A stretch of DNA of 63,841 bases, the filler included, from Octopus bimaculoides (lineage: Eukaryota), in assembly GCF_001194135.2 (NCBI RefSeq). It is 8 parts of 6 records of this genome, joined end to end, with 100 filler letters (N's around TTAATTAATTAA, not from the genome) between each part and the next. Parts side by side here need not be neighbours in the genome. Positions count along the whole stretch, not along the records: positions 1 to 4,222 come from NC_068983.1; positions 4,323 to 26,695 come from NC_068994.1; 6 more parts are not named here. One strand, 5' to 3'. The notes below the pieces were generated by a model, which was not told the DNA's origin, ran no database searches, and saw only the letters and a list, made by a program, of their open reading frames with translations. A program made the position numbers and the translations under genes. Positions 1-13,610 of this stretch are shown in pieces (within the stretch, counting starts at the first letter, position 1; each line of letters begins with the position of its first letter).

Positions 1-68
1 CCCTAAGTAAGGCATGTGTAAAATTTGAATGAAATTGGTTGCGTAGTTCTCGAGTTTTAGGGATTCAC

Positions 69-103
<35 letters not shown>

Positions 104-112
104 CACATTCTC

Positions 113-149
<37 letters not shown>

Positions 150-152
<3 letters not shown>

Positions 153-300
153 GGAGAATTCACAGAAACAAAATCAAAAGACGAAGACAGATTATGTAGA
201 CAACAAACAGGTGTATTAGTTTAACGCTCGGGAAGTGAAAAAGTCGTTAACGTTTCGAGCCTACGCTCTTCCACAGAAACGAACACAGAAAGAAACAAGG
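150..300 (-). mobile_element. Penelope-like terminal repeat relic with a decayed hammerhead core
   Basis: Minus strand CTGTGGA-A-GAGC GTAG GCTC-GAAA-CGTTAACG-AC, next to a (TA)n tract. Confidence 0.4.
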
Positions 301-680
301 AGAGAAAATGAAGAATGTGTAATGGCTAGTGATCTAACATGCGAATGCCGGACAGAGGGGACAGACAGAAGAGCTAGGAAGAAGGGAGACAATAAAGTTG
401 TGATGATCCCAAAACGAAGGTGCGCGTGCGTATGTATAAAAGAGCATGTATGTGCATGTGGAAGAGGACTTGTGATCTTGACGTGTGCGCGTGTGTATGT
501 GTAGGTGTGTGGATGTGGGGCTGGGAAGTGGTCAGTGCTAGTGCGTTCGTGGTGATGTGATGTGATGTCGTGTCGTGTGGTATGGTGGTGTATGGTGTAG
601 TGGGGTGTGTTGGTATGGTGTGATGGGGTTGGGATGTGGGGGCGAGAGTGGGGAAAGCAAGTGTAGGGTGTGGGTTAAGT

Positions 681-781
681 TGAGGGTGGGAGTAGAGGTG
701 GGGAATGTGTGTAGGCTGAGGGTGGGGGTAGAGGTGGGGAATGTGTGTGGGCTTAGGGTGGAGCTAGAGGTGGGTTATGTG
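681..781. repeat. 36-bp G-rich tandem repeat, about 2.8 copies
   Basis: TGAGGGTGGGAGTAGAGGTGGGGAATGTGTGTAGGC recurs at 681, 717 and 753. Confidence 0.8.
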
Positions 782-1389
782 GGAGTGGGTGTGAGCGATG
801 GGGTGGGGGTNNNNNNNNNNNNNNNNNNNNNNNGGATTTGATGGATAGAGAAGATGGGGTTGGATTGTGTGGGGGTGGGGTTACAAGGGAGGGGTGACGA
901 TGAAGGGCGAGGGGGAAGGGAGAATTTGGATAGGAGTGAAGAGAAGAAGTAGGAGTCGGAGCAAGAGAGGAGAGGTGGGTAGGAGGAAGTAGGTGTGAGA
1001 AAGAGAGAGGAAATGGGAAGAGATTAGATGAAGGGGGGAGGAGAGTTGAGCCCAAGTGGTGCAAAGGAGCAAAGAGAGAACTTTAATCCCTGTTCACATC
1101 GCAAACGGGAGTCCGGATGGACCCTGTGCAAGCACAATCCGAATACAGACAGGTGTTGCAAAGAGTGACCGGTATTATTGTTATTATCAGTGTATTTTGG
1201 CAATTTAAATAAGAGATTTGGCTGTTATTTCCAGCAGGTAGACATATTTAGTATACCCTTTGATCAATTTTAATCCTTCAGCTATTTAATGCTTTTTGGG
1301 GGCCTGCTATCGCCCTATATTATTGATTCTGCTATTATCATTTCTTAATTGTTACACTAGATAATAATAGAGTCAATGATATCTCCGCA

Positions 1390-1505
1390 AATTATTTTCT
1401 CGTGAATTATTTACTCCATATATATACATTTATACAAATATATATGAAAATTATTTTCTCGTGAATTATTTACTCCATATATATACATTTATACAAATAT
1501 ATATG
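1390..1505. repeat. 59-bp tandem duplication
   Basis: AATTATTTTCTCGTGAATTATTTACTCC... starts at 1390 and 1449. Confidence 0.9.
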
Positions 1506-3279
1506 CACACACACATATATATATATACATACATATTCCCATGCATATGCAATCATAGGTGCACATATTTTACTCATTTTTATTTACATATAATTTATGC
1601 AAAGACATTTCAAGTTTGTGTTTTTGTCATGTCTGCATTCGGGCATCAGAGTATTTGGCTATATTGTATTCCTCATAATACAGCGAAAAAATTTGAAGTG
1701 ACGTGACGAATATCAAATCTTATGAAATCGAACCTTTTACTTTTCCACTGTAGGTGTATCTGGGTGAATACCAGTAGTCGTCATCCTTGTTTCAATCAAG
1801 TTTTACCTTAACTGTTAATGATGTCGTTCGAATGTCAAAATCGGTAAAGCACTGGGCAAAATACTCTGCTGAATTTTAATTACGTTCCACTAAACTTTGA
1901 GTTCAAAAACTACAGCAATCGGCTTTTCTTGTCATCTTTCTGGGCTGGTAAAATTAAACACCTGCAAAGAATTGGAGGCAATTTAGTTGTTTGTGGTGAT
2001 ACCTATTCTAAAATCGTTCATTCTTTGTTAACGTTAGAATTCAATATTTTCTTACCTTGCAGTTTGGTATATGCTTTCTTATTGTTTATTCAGTGGAGAG
2101 ATGATAGCCACCCAGGAGATATTTTCAAAACGGGGCCGAGACGAAAGGTGGATAAAGCAAATTTTTGCAGTAGGAAATAGCGCTTAAGGATATACATTTT
2201 CTATTCAAATTGGAAATGTGGTGCTATTGATTGCAACAGAATTTAATGCACTAAAAATAACCAAACGTTAATGGCCAAGAGAAGGATTTAGACTGCCACG
2301 CAAATAAAAATATTGTTGATTCGCCAGTTTTCTGCACAGCTTATGTCCACAAAATATTCGTTCAACATTGGAAGCAACTGGAAGACATTTACCGAACATG
2401 CAGTGGTGTGAGGTTAAACTGAAATTGCATGAAATTAAAGGGACCTATATAAGGAATTGACCATTCCTACACGAATAAGTCTTTCACATACATCCAATAA
2501 TTAAATACTACACCAAATCTTCGTTTCATGAGACACCCACAATTTATCTGTATAACTACAAATGTTTTGGATTGCTTATGTTTTAATTTCTTACGCAATA
2601 ATGTCGGTTTTGAAAAAGTTAAAAGCCTAGTTGTGCAAGAAGAAATGGTATACATATATAAAAGTATGTATGTATGACTATATGTATATGTATATATATA
2701 TATATNNNNNNNNNNNNNNNNNNNNNNNNNNNNNNNNNNNNNNNNNNNNNNNNNNNNNNNNNNNNNNNNNNNNNNNNNNNNNNNNNNNNNNNNNNNNNNN
2801 NNNNNNNNNNNNNNNNNNNNNNNNNNNNNNNNNNNNNNNNNNNNNNNNNNNNNNNNNNNNNNNNNNNNNNNNNNNNNNNNNNNNNNNNNNNNNNNNNNNN
2901 NNNNNNNNNNNNNNNNNNNNNNNNNNNNNNNNNNNNNNNNNNNNNNNNNNNNNNNNNNNNNNNNNNNNNNNNNNNNNNNNNNNNNNNNNNNNNNNNNNNN
3001 NNNNNNNNNNNNNNNNNNNNNNNNNNNNNNNNNNNNNNNNNNNNNNNNNNNNNNNNNNNNNNNNNNNNNNNNNNNNNNNNNNNNNNNNNNNNNNNNNNNN
3101 NNNNNNNNNNNNNNNNNNNNNNNNNNNNNNNNNNNNNNNNNNNNNNNNNNNNNNNNNNNNNNNNNNNNNNNNNNNNNNNNNNNNNNNNNNNNNNNNNNNN
3201 NNNNNNNNNNNNNNNNNNNNNNNNNNNNNNNNNNNNNNNNNNNNNNNNNNNNNNNNNNNNNNNNNNNNNNNNNNNNNNN

Positions 3280-3322
<43 letters not shown>

Positions 3323-3364
3323 CACACATGTATATATGTGTATACACACACAAACATATATATA

Positions 3365-4215
3365 CAGGGTGCGATGGGTAATTTGGCTCCATTTTATATT
3401 TTTAATCATGGGCATGTGCATTGTTTGGTTTTGGTTTTGTTGACTACACAGTATAGTAGGGTCCGTTCGGCAATGTCTGTGAGAATAACAGCATCATGGC
3501 ACAATTCACTTTGCCGGAAATTTGGAAATGACATGCTGTACTGCTTGGCATTTGAGCCGGAAGCTCCATGGGTGTCAGTCTGAGGACAGTGCAATTTGAG
3601 GACATGTACAGAGACTGATATAATTCAAACATCCAGTCAACATCATGGTGTTTGGAGTGATCATTAATGATGGCGACTTTATGCTTCCATTCGTCTTCCC
3701 ACACGCTCTCAGATTCACCACGGAGGCCTACGTCAAGTGCCTGGATGAGGTAGTACTGCACAGTGTCATGGGAGTGACTGCTAGAAGACCCTATGTCTGG
3801 CAACAGGACTCTTCACTATACAACACTAGCAGGAGAACCCAGTCATGGCTGTCAGACAATTTCTGCGACAACATCATTCCTAACATCTGGCCACCAAACT
3901 CTCAAGACTGTAACCCCCTTTATTATTATGTGTGAGGCGCAGTTGAGCCAGAGACCAACAAAACTGCTTGTAACATCAAAGATGAACTGAAGGCAAGGAT
4001 TACGAAAGCATTTACCAACTTAAACAAGCAAAACGTTCAGAAGTGTTGCACGAGATTCCGAAGTCGCCTGGAGGCCGGGGTTGAAGCCAGTAACTATTTT
4101 ATTAAATAGATTTACTCTTTTGTATTTCAAGATAATTTTATGCAGTTTTGGAAATTTTATCAGTTAAAATGTGATATCACTGTTATTTTCATTTTTGCGT
4201 AATATACTCACTGTA
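3365..4215 (+). mobile_element. Decayed Tc1/mariner-superfamily transposase remnant
   Basis: Reads YVWQQDS...WPPNSQDCNPLYYYV* (cf. WPPNSPDLNPLDY) then ELKARITKAF...CCTRFRSRLEA. Begins TA|CAGGGTG. Contains stops and frameshifts. Confidence 0.8.
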
Positions 4216-4266
4216 GCATATANNNNNNNNNNNNNNNNNNNNNNNNNNNNNNNNNNNNNNNNNNNN

Positions 4267-4278
4267 TTAATTAATTAA
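4267..4278. other. Artificial six-frame-stop scaffold linker (first of seven)
   Basis: TTAATTAATTAA centred in ~100-bp N blocks at 4267, 26740, 29086, 41194, 55926, 59967 and 62690. Confidence 0.9.
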
Positions 4279-4400
4279 NNNNNNNNNNNNNNNNNNNNNN
4301 NNNNNNNNNNNNNNNNNNNNNNTATATATATATGTCTCTGTTTATATATACACACACACACATACATATCTTCCTCATCGTCGTCATCATCATCATCATC

Positions 4401-4447
<47 letters not shown>

Positions 4448-5873
4448 CATTTAACATCCATCTTCTGTCCTGGCATGGGTTGTGTAGTTCGGTAGGATCC
4501 GACATGTCCAAGGACTCCATTGATCTCCAACGTCTGTTTCGGCACAGTTTTTAGGGTTCCGGTGCCCTTCCTAACACCAATCACTTTGCAGAGTGCTCAA
4601 GGTGCTTTAAGCAGGGCACCCACAATACTGAGGGTGCCGTGCAATCTATAGGGCACCTAATGAGCCCTAATGGTAAGTGGGGGGTGAAGGGGTACATGCA
4701 GATTCATGCTAGGGGATGAGGGTGGGTGGCAGAGCATGTACCTGGAGAGGGATCAGATTAGCTGGGGGAAAAGGGCCAGAGAGAAAGAGAAAGAGAAAAT
4801 TGATCAGAGGGAGATAATAGCAATGAGGAGTCCAGGTGGAGCCACGGGGCAGAGGCTGAGTGAAAGTGGGTTGGCAAGGTGAAGGGGGGAGCTGGCAGAA
4901 ACGTTAGCATGCCAGGTGAAATACCGCTACATTCTGATGTATATANNNNNNNNNNNNNNNNNNNNNNNNNNNNNNNNNNNNNNNNNNNNNNNNNNNNNNN
5001 NNNNNNNNNNNNNNNNNNNNNNNNNNNNNNNNNNNNNNNNNNNNNNNNNNNNNNNNNNNNNNNNNNNNNNNNNNNNNNNNNNNNNNNNNNNNNNNNNNNN
5101 NNNNNNNNNNNNNNNNNNNNNNNNNNNNNNNNNNNNNNNNNNNNNNNNNNNNNNNNNNNNNNNNNNNNNNNNNNNNNNNNNNNNNNNNNNNNNNNNNNNN
5201 NNNNNNNNNNNNNNNNNNNNNNNNNNNNNNNNNNNNNNNNNNNNNNNNNNNNNNNNNNNNNNNNNNNNNNNNNNNNNNNNNNNNNNNNNNNNNNNNNNNN
5301 NNNNNNNNNNNNNNNNNNNNNNNNNNNNNNNNNNNNNNNNNNNNNNNNNNNNNNNNNNNNNNNNNNNNNNNNNNNNNNNNNNNNNNNNNNNNNNNNNNNN
5401 NNNNNNNNNNNNNNNNNNNNNNNNNNNNNNNNNNNNNNNNNNNNNNNNNNNNNNNNNNNNNNNNNNNNNNNNNNNNNNNNNNNNNNNNNNNNNNNNNNNN
5501 NNNNNNNNNNNNNNNNNNNNNNNNNNNNNNNNNNNNNNNNNNNNNNNNNNNNNNNNNNNNNNNNNNNNNNNNNNNNNNNNNNNNNNNNNNNNNNNNNNNN
5601 NNNNNNNNNNNNNNNNNNNNNNNNNNNNNNNNNNNNNNNNNNNNNNNNNNNNNNNNNNNNNNNNNNNNNNNNNNNNNNNNNNNNNNNNNNNNNNNNNNNN
5701 NNNNNNNNNNNNNNNNNNNNNNNNNNNNNNNNNNNNNNNNNNNNNNNNNNNNNNNNNNNNNNNNNNNNNNNNNNNNNNNNNNNNNNNNNNNNNNNNNNNN
5801 NNNNNNNNNNNNNNNNNNNNNNNNNNNNNNNNNNNATACACATATATATCTATACATATATATATATATGTAT

Positions 5874-5921
<48 letters not shown>

Positions 5922-5991
5922 TGCATCTCTATGTGTGTGTTATCTTGTATATATACACATATATATATATATAGTATATATACATATATTT

Positions 5992-6031
<40 letters not shown>

Positions 6032-6249
6032 AAATATATGTATATATACTATATATGTGTGTATATATACAAGATAACACATACATAGAGATGCATATAT
6101 GTGTATATGCTTGCATCTACACCTACACACTCAAATGCATATACACACACAGACACACATATGCATATATATGTATGGACTTTTATGCATATACATACAC
6201 ATAATGACGTATGCACACACCCACATACACCTTATTTTCGCTATTTAAC

Positions 6250-7454
6250 TGTAATCATGAAACTATGCACCACCACCACCACCACCACCACCACCATCAC
6301 CACCATCAATACCACTGCTACCACCACCGGTACCACTACCACCACCACCTCAATCATCGCCTTTGTGATTAATGCTAATACCACCACCACCAACATCACC
6401 ACCATCACCACCACCACCGCCACTACTACCACCACCACCACCATCATCACCACTACCACATCAGTGTTGTGTGTATCTACTACCATTAATACCACAATCA
6501 CCACAGTTATGACTACTACCACCAATACACTCGTAAACACTACCACCACTATAAACACCAACACAACCACCACAACTACTGCAACCACCATCACTATCAT
6601 ACCATCTCCTGCAACCGGCACCACCACCACCACCAACACCACCACCTCCACCACCACCACATCTGTTCCTACATCTAGTGCATTCTTCATCATCATCATC
6701 ATCATCACCACGACGACCACCACCACCNNNNNNNNNNNNNNNNNNNNNNNNNNNNNNNNNNNNNNNNNNNNNNNNNNNNNNNNNNNNNNGCAACAGTTAC
6801 AGGCAGGACAACAACCATTGATGCAACCATTTCGAGTGCAGTCACCATTGCTGCTGCCTGCATGTGAAATACCATTTTCTACCATCAGCAGCACAACTAT
6901 TATAACACCACCGTCTCCATGGTTACCAATACCATCATCAATGCTCTCCTCTCATGACACAGCATCAGGATACAATTGCAGCTAACACCACCATCACCAC
7001 CACCACCACCACCATCTTCATCATCATCATCATCATCACTATCATCACCATCACCACTACCACCACCACCACCACCATCATCATCCTCATCATTATTATC
7101 ATCATCGTCATCATCATCATCATCATTACCAAGATTGTAGCTAGCAGTATCACAACTACCACCACCACCACCACCACCATCATCACCACCACCACAACCA
7201 CCACCATCATCATCATCATCATCATCATCGTTACAGCTAGCAGCGCCACCTCTATCATCACCATCCCCCATGCTATCATCCCCGCCATCAAAATTACAGT
7301 TAACACCACCACCACCACCACCACCACCACCCTCCATTATAGATAACAACCTTCAATCACCACCACCACCACCACAACCACCACTACAAAGATTACAGCT
7401 GCAGCTAACCACCACCACCACTATTACCACTACTGCAATTACAGCCATCACTGC
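6250..7454. repeat. Imperfect (ACC)n/(ATC)n triplet-repeat domain
   Basis: Homopolymeric Thr, His/Pro and Ile runs in all frames. Confidence 0.9.
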
Positions 7455-10232
7455 NNNNNNNNNNNNNNNNNNNNNNNNNNNNNNNNNNNNNNNNNNNNNN
7501 NNNNNNNNNNNNNNNNNNNNNNNNNNNNNNNNNNNNNNNNNNNNNNNNNNNNNNNNNNNNNNNNNNNNNNNNNNNNNNNNNNNNNNNNNNNNNNNNNNNN
7601 NNNNNNNNNNNNNNNNNNNNNNNNNNNNNNNNNNNNNNNNNNNNNNNNNNNNNNNNNNNNNNNNNNNNNNNNNNNNNNNNNNNNNNNNNNNNNNNNNNNN
7701 NNNNNNNNNNNNNNNNNNNNNNNNNNNNNNNNNNNNNNNNNNNNNNNNNNNNNNNNNNNNNNNNNNNNNNNNNNNNNNNNNNNNNNNNNNNNNNNNNNNN
7801 NNNNNNNNNNNNNNNNNNNNNNNNNNNNNNNNNNNNNNNNNNNNNNNNNNNNNNNNNNNNNNNNNNNNNNNNNNNNNNNNNNNNNNNNNNNNNNNNNNNN
7901 NNNNNNNNNNNNNNNNNNNNNNNNNNNNNNNNNNNNNNNNNNNNNNNNNNNNNNNNNNNNNNNNNNNNNNNNNNNNNNNNNNNNNNNNNNNNNNNNNNNN
8001 NNNNNNNNNNNNNNNNNNNNNNNNNNNNNNNNNNNNNNNNNNNNNNNNNNNNNNNNNNNNNNNNNNNNNNNNNNNNNNNNNNNNNNNNNNNNNNNNNNNN
8101 NNNNNNNNNNNNNNNNNNNNNNNNNNNNNNNNNNNNNNNNNNNNNNNNNNNNNNNNNNNNNNNNNNNNNNNNNNNNNNNNNNNNNNNNNNNNNNNNNNNN
8201 NNNNNNNNNNNNNNNNNNNNNNNNNNNNNNNNNNNNNNNNNNNNNNNNNNNNNNNNNNNNNNNNNNNNNNNNNNNNNNNNNNNNNNNNNNNNNNNNNNNN
8301 NNNNNNNNNNNNNNNNNNNNNNNNNNNNNNNNNNNNNNNNNNNNNNNNNNNNNNNNNNNNNNNNNNNNNNNNNNNNNNNNNNNNCGAGAAGGCTCCATGT
8401 GGCTGTTTGATTTGCTATAAATAGCAGCTAAATCTCCCCCTGTTGTCTTAAAAAATGATGGATGCGTTCATTGGTCAGTATGAAAAAAAAAGATGGGAAG
8501 GTCATAACTGGAGTACCTTCAATCATAATAAGTCTGCTCAACCAGGACTAACAACCTAGGGCTAAACATCATCATCATCATCAACAGCAACAACAAACAA
8601 TGGGAACTGAAGCCAATAGAAAATTCTTAATATTATGATTTGATGTGCTAGAAATAACTGCCAAATATCCCTCAAATCATCATCTAATAATCTTAAGAGA
8701 GGAAGGACACATGAATAATGTAATCCTAGATGCATTATCCTTCTCTGCTCTAGGCACAAGGCCTGAAATTTGGGGGGAAGGGGTCTGTCAATTAGATTGA
8801 CCCCAGTACACAACTGGTACTTAATTTATTGACCCTGAAAAGATGAAAGGCAAAGTTGACCTCGGCGGAATTTGAACTCAGAACGTAAAGACAGACGAAA
8901 TACCACTAAGCATTTCGTCTGGCTTGCTAAAGTTTCTGTCAGCTTGCAATCCTAGATACACTATGTCTACAAAGTGGGATGGCCATGGCTAGAAAGACCT
9001 TTGATCACAGGTCGAATGAAGCAGAAATGACCTGGAGTTAAACAGCGACAACTTTAACATTGAATAATGTAGTTGTAGATGCACTATGCTTGAGTAAATG
9101 ATGGGATGATCATGGCTGGAGTGCCTTCAATCACAGATCTGCTGGATCATAGAGCTGACCTAGGGTTTAACAACAACAACAACACTGGACTATGTTGTTC
9201 TGGATACATTCATCATCATCAGCATCATCATCAGCATCATCATCATCATCAGCATCATCATCATCATCACAGTTTTACATCCATTTTNNNNNNNNNNCAT
9301 CATCATCAGCATCATCATCATCATCACAGTTTTACATCCATTTTACAATGATGGTATGGGTTGGACAAATCTGACAGTGTGTTGTCATATTTTGCAGTTC
9401 TTCGTCATCTGACACACTTATAACAACAGAGAAAGCCAGTCAAATGACAGTGTAACACCACTGTCAAATTCCGTCATTTGCTACACACACACATCAAGAA
9501 AATTCAGTCAACTGACAACATCCCGCCACTGTCACACTCTGTCATCTAGTGGAGTCCAAAACAACAAAATCTGGTCAACTGACGGTGTCATAGTCCGTCA
9601 TTTGGTACAATTACACCAGAGGAAAACCAGATGAGTTTGCTTTTCTTGTTTTAGCGATGAATTTTCTGTGAATATCGTTAGAGCTAAATTAGTGGTACAT
9701 GCTCTGTCATTGGTTGATCTGCTAGAAATAGAAGCTACATCAAATCATAGCCTTTGGCCAGATGTCTGCTCATTCAGGTCTGACCAGGTGTTATACAACA
9801 GCATCGAGACCACCAACACCATCACTAAACCTAAAACCACCACCACCACCATGCATTGCACCCTCATCCACTCCCCAATCAACTCTTACCTCCCCCATTA
9901 CTACAGCAGTTGTCACAGTGTTGTCATGGTGACAATTTCTCGCTCGTTGTCAATGAGAAAAAAGGGGTGAAGTGTGAAGAAAGGTGGGTGGGAGGAGTGG
10001 AGTGAACGGTTGGTGTTGTTATTGATGCTGGTGGTATTTAGCCCCAGGTTAGTCTTGATCAAAGAGAATCCATCAGCGACCATTCCAACTTTTATTCGCC
10101 TACATTGTATCTGAGACAGTAGGAGTGATTTTAGGGTGATTTTGGCTGTTATTTCTAGCAGAACATATAACCGCAACGAGGTTTGTTTTGGGTGGTGCAG
10201 GTGGTTCTGTCATTGTTGGTGTGTGTGTGTGT

Positions 10233-10270
<38 letters not shown>

Positions 10271-10829
10271 TGTGTTTATATATATATGTGTATGCACGTA
10301 TGTATGTAACAGTATATAAATGTATGTGCCTATGTAAGTAAATATAATGAATGGATTTATGTGTGTGTGGGAGTGTGTGAATATATATGCATGCATGTAT
10401 GTATGTATGTATGTGTGTGTATATTAGCTAAGGATGTAAATAACAGCGAGAAAGCTGAAAAACTGACGTTTTCAAACAGAGTCCTTAGTGATATTTGTTC
10501 TGCACTGAGTTACAGAAACTCCCTTACATCGGAGAAAACAGTGAATCAGTAATTGGCGCACTGAAAACCTGTGACCAACGGTTGCAATTATTTACCAGTT
10601 GTTACATATAAAATGAGAGCATAGGTGTACGCGTGGCTGTCTGGTTAAGAAGTTCGCTTAGCGACCTCTTGGTCCCGCGTTCGCTCCCACTACATTCGGA
10701 AAAATGTCTGCTATTATAGTCGCGGGGTGATCAAGGTGTTGCGAGCGGGTTTGGTAGGAAACTGTCCAGCAGCTCATTATATACGTACATCCGTACGTAC
10801 ACACAAGTGCTCACTGCTCTCGGACCAGT

Positions 10830-11200
10830 CGGGCAAAACGATCGGTGGAAGTTCTACGGTAGCAATATACAGATATCCAGTGGTGGATGAGAGCGATGAC
10901 GTTCTCGGAGAAACTCTAGGCGTTGACGAGGATGAACTAGCTGGTCCGTTTCGGAGGACTTTCCGTACTACCATGGATAATTTCCAGGAATCCAGTTCGA
11001 GACTAAAACGGTACAGGTTACGGAAGTGCTGCTGTCAGACGGGACTGTCCGAGATGCGCACAGAGCAACGAAACCGTTCTGTATGCATTCGTGCAGTGTC
11101 CGGGTGTCGCTGACTTGTGGAATGATGTCGAACAACTCTGGTGGAGGAGGAATCCGACTATCGACCGAAACCATCGCCCTACCATCCACAAGGCAAGGCA
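10830..11200 (+). mobile_element. Tx1/L1-like LINE ORF2 C-terminal fragment
   Basis: A frame from ~11010 reads VRD*...RRDCPRCAQSNETVLYAFVQCPGVADLWNDVEQL, a degenerate CCHC knuckle with H>Y. Higher GC than the flanks. Confidence 0.65.
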
Positions 11201-12759
11201 GGTGGCAGGGGCGGTCAGTGAGTATTAAGGGCCCGCGGGCATAACTGTTTACCGGGCCCCTTAGAATTGATATTAGTAGAACTAACGTGTAGAGTGNNNN
11301 NNNNNNNNNNNNNNNNNNNNNNNNNNNNNNNNNNNNNNNNNNNNNNNNNNNNNNNNNNNNNNNNNNNNNNNNNNNNNNNNNNNNNNNNNNNNNNNNNNNN
11401 NNNNNNNNNNNNNNNNNNNNNNNNNNNNNNNNNNNNNNNNNNNNNNNNNNNNNNNNNNNNNNNNNNNNNNNNNNNNNNNNNNNNNNNNNNNNNNNNNNNN
11501 NNNNNNNNNNNNNNNNNNNNNNNNNNNNNNNNNNNNNNNNNNNNNNNNNNNNNNNNNNNNNNNNNNNNNNNNNNNNNNNNNNNNNNNNNNNNNNNNNNNN
11601 NNNNNNNNNNNNNNNNNNNNNNNNNNNNNNNNNNNNNNNNNNNNNNNNNNNNNNNNNNNNNNNNNNNNNNNNNNNNNNNNNNNNNNNNNNNNNNNNNNNN
11701 NNNNNNNNNNNNNNNNNNNNNNNNNNNNNNNNNNNNNNNNNNNNNNNNNNNNNNNNNNNNNNNNNNNNNNNNNNNNNNNNNNNNNNNNNNNNNNNNNNNN
11801 NNNNNNNNNNNNNNNNNNNNNNNNNNNNNNNNNNNNNNNNNNNNNNNNNNNNNNNNNNNNNNNNNNNNNNNNNNNNNNNNNNNNNNNNNNNNNNNNNNNN
11901 NNNNNNNNNNNNNNNNNNNNNNNNNNNNNNNNNNNNNNNNNNNNNNNNNNNNNNNNNNNNNNNNNNNNNNNNNNNNNNNNNNNNNNNNNNNNNNNNNNNN
12001 NNNNNNNNNNNNNNNNNNNNNNNNNNNNNNNNNNNNNNNNNNNNNNNNNNNNNNNNNNNNNNNNNNNNNNNNNNNNNNNNNNNNNNNNNNNNNNNNNNNN
12101 NNNNNNNNNNNNNNNNNNNNNNNNNNNNNNNNNNNNNNNNNNNNNNNNNNNNNNNNNNNNNNNNNNNNNNNNNNNNNNNNNNNNNNNNNNNNNNNNNNNN
12201 NNNNNNNNNNNNNNNNNNNNNNNNNNNNNNNNNNNNNNNNNNNNNNNNNNNNNNNNNNNNNNNNNNNNNNNNNNNNNNNNNNNNNNNNCATCGACCCCAG
12301 TACTCAACTGGTACTTAATTTATCGACCCCCAGAAGGATGAACGGCAAAGTCGACTTCGGCGGAATTTGAACTTAGAACGTAAAGACGGACGAAATGCTT
12401 AACAGCCACGCTAACGATCTTGACAGTTCACTGCCTTTAATCCTCTCCACTGTAGGCACAAGGTCTGAAATGTCGGGGGGGGGGGGGTTAATCGATTACA
12501 TCGACCCCAGTGCTCAGCGGGTACTTTATTTCATCGACCTTGAAAGGATGAAAGGCAATGCTGACCTCAGCGACATTTGAACTCAAAACGCAAAGCATTT
12601 TGGTGATCCTCGTTTAAATGACATTTGGTAACTTATATCCATCGTGAACGACTCACCTCGTGGGGCCAAGTTGAATTCTAAACACAACAAAGAACAAAAC
12701 ACTCAGCAAACATGTCCAGCAATAAAATGTATATAAGATGTATATAAGATATGTATATA

Positions 12760-12929
12760 GGCGCAGGAGTAGCTGTGTGGTAAGTAGCTTGCTTACCAAC
12801 CACATGGATCTGGGTTCAGTCCCACTGCGTGGCACCTTGGGCAAGTGTCTTCTACTATAGCCTCGGGCCGACCAAAGCCTTGTGAGTGGATTTGGTAGAC
12901 GGAAACTGAAAGAAGCCCGTCGTATATAT

Positions 12930-12965
<36 letters not shown>

Positions 12966-13154
12966 ATATGTTTGTGTGTCTGTGTTTGTCCCCCCAACTT
13001 CACTTGACAACCGATGCTGGTGTGTTTACGTCCCTGTAACTTAGCGGTTCGGCAAAAAGAGACCGATAGAATAAGTACTAGGCTTACAAAAGAATAAGTC
13101 CTGGGGTCGATTTGCTCGACTAAAGGCGGTGCCCCAGTATGGCCACAGTCAAAG
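12760..13154 (+). mobile_element. tRNA-derived CORE-type SINE with internal microsatellite, truncated by a gap
   Basis: Head GGCGCAGGAGTAGCTGTGTGGTAAG...GGGTTCAGTCCC, CORE-like GCACCTTGGGCAAGTGTCTTC, internal (TA)n(TG)n. Many related copies occur in the window. Confidence 0.8.
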
Positions 13155-13404
13155 NNNNNNNNNNNNNNNNNNNNNNNNNNNNNNNNNNNNNNNNNNNNNN
13201 NNNNNNNNNNNNNNNNNNNNNNNNNNNNNNNNNNNNNNNNNNNNNNNNNNNNNNNNNNNNNNNNNNNNNNNNNNNNNNNNNNNNNNNNNNNNNNNNNNNN
13301 NNNNNNNNNNNNNNNNNNNNNNNNNNNNNNNNNNNNNNNNNNNNNNNNNNNNNNNNNNNNNNNNNNNNNNNNNNNNNNNNNNNNNNNNNNNNGATATGTA
13401 TATA

Positions 13405-13574
13405 GGCGCAGGAGTAGCTGTGTGGTAAGTAGCTTGCTTACCAACCACATGGATCTGGGTTCAGTCCCACTGCGTGGCACCTTGGGCAAGTGTCTTCTAC
13501 TATAGCCTCGGGCCGACCAAAGCCTTGTGAGTGGATTTGGTAGACGGAAACTGAAAGAAGCCCGTCGTATATAT

Positions 13575-13610
<36 letters not shown>

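Noticed and set aside
250-276. Hammerhead core on the minus strand
   Set aside because: A6>U, triplet GAC instead of NUH, and no stem I. Treated as an inactive relic.
6101-6985. 294-aa Thr-rich ORF as a mucin
   Set aside because: Triplet repeats keep several frames open on both strands. No signal peptide, domain or clear splice sites.
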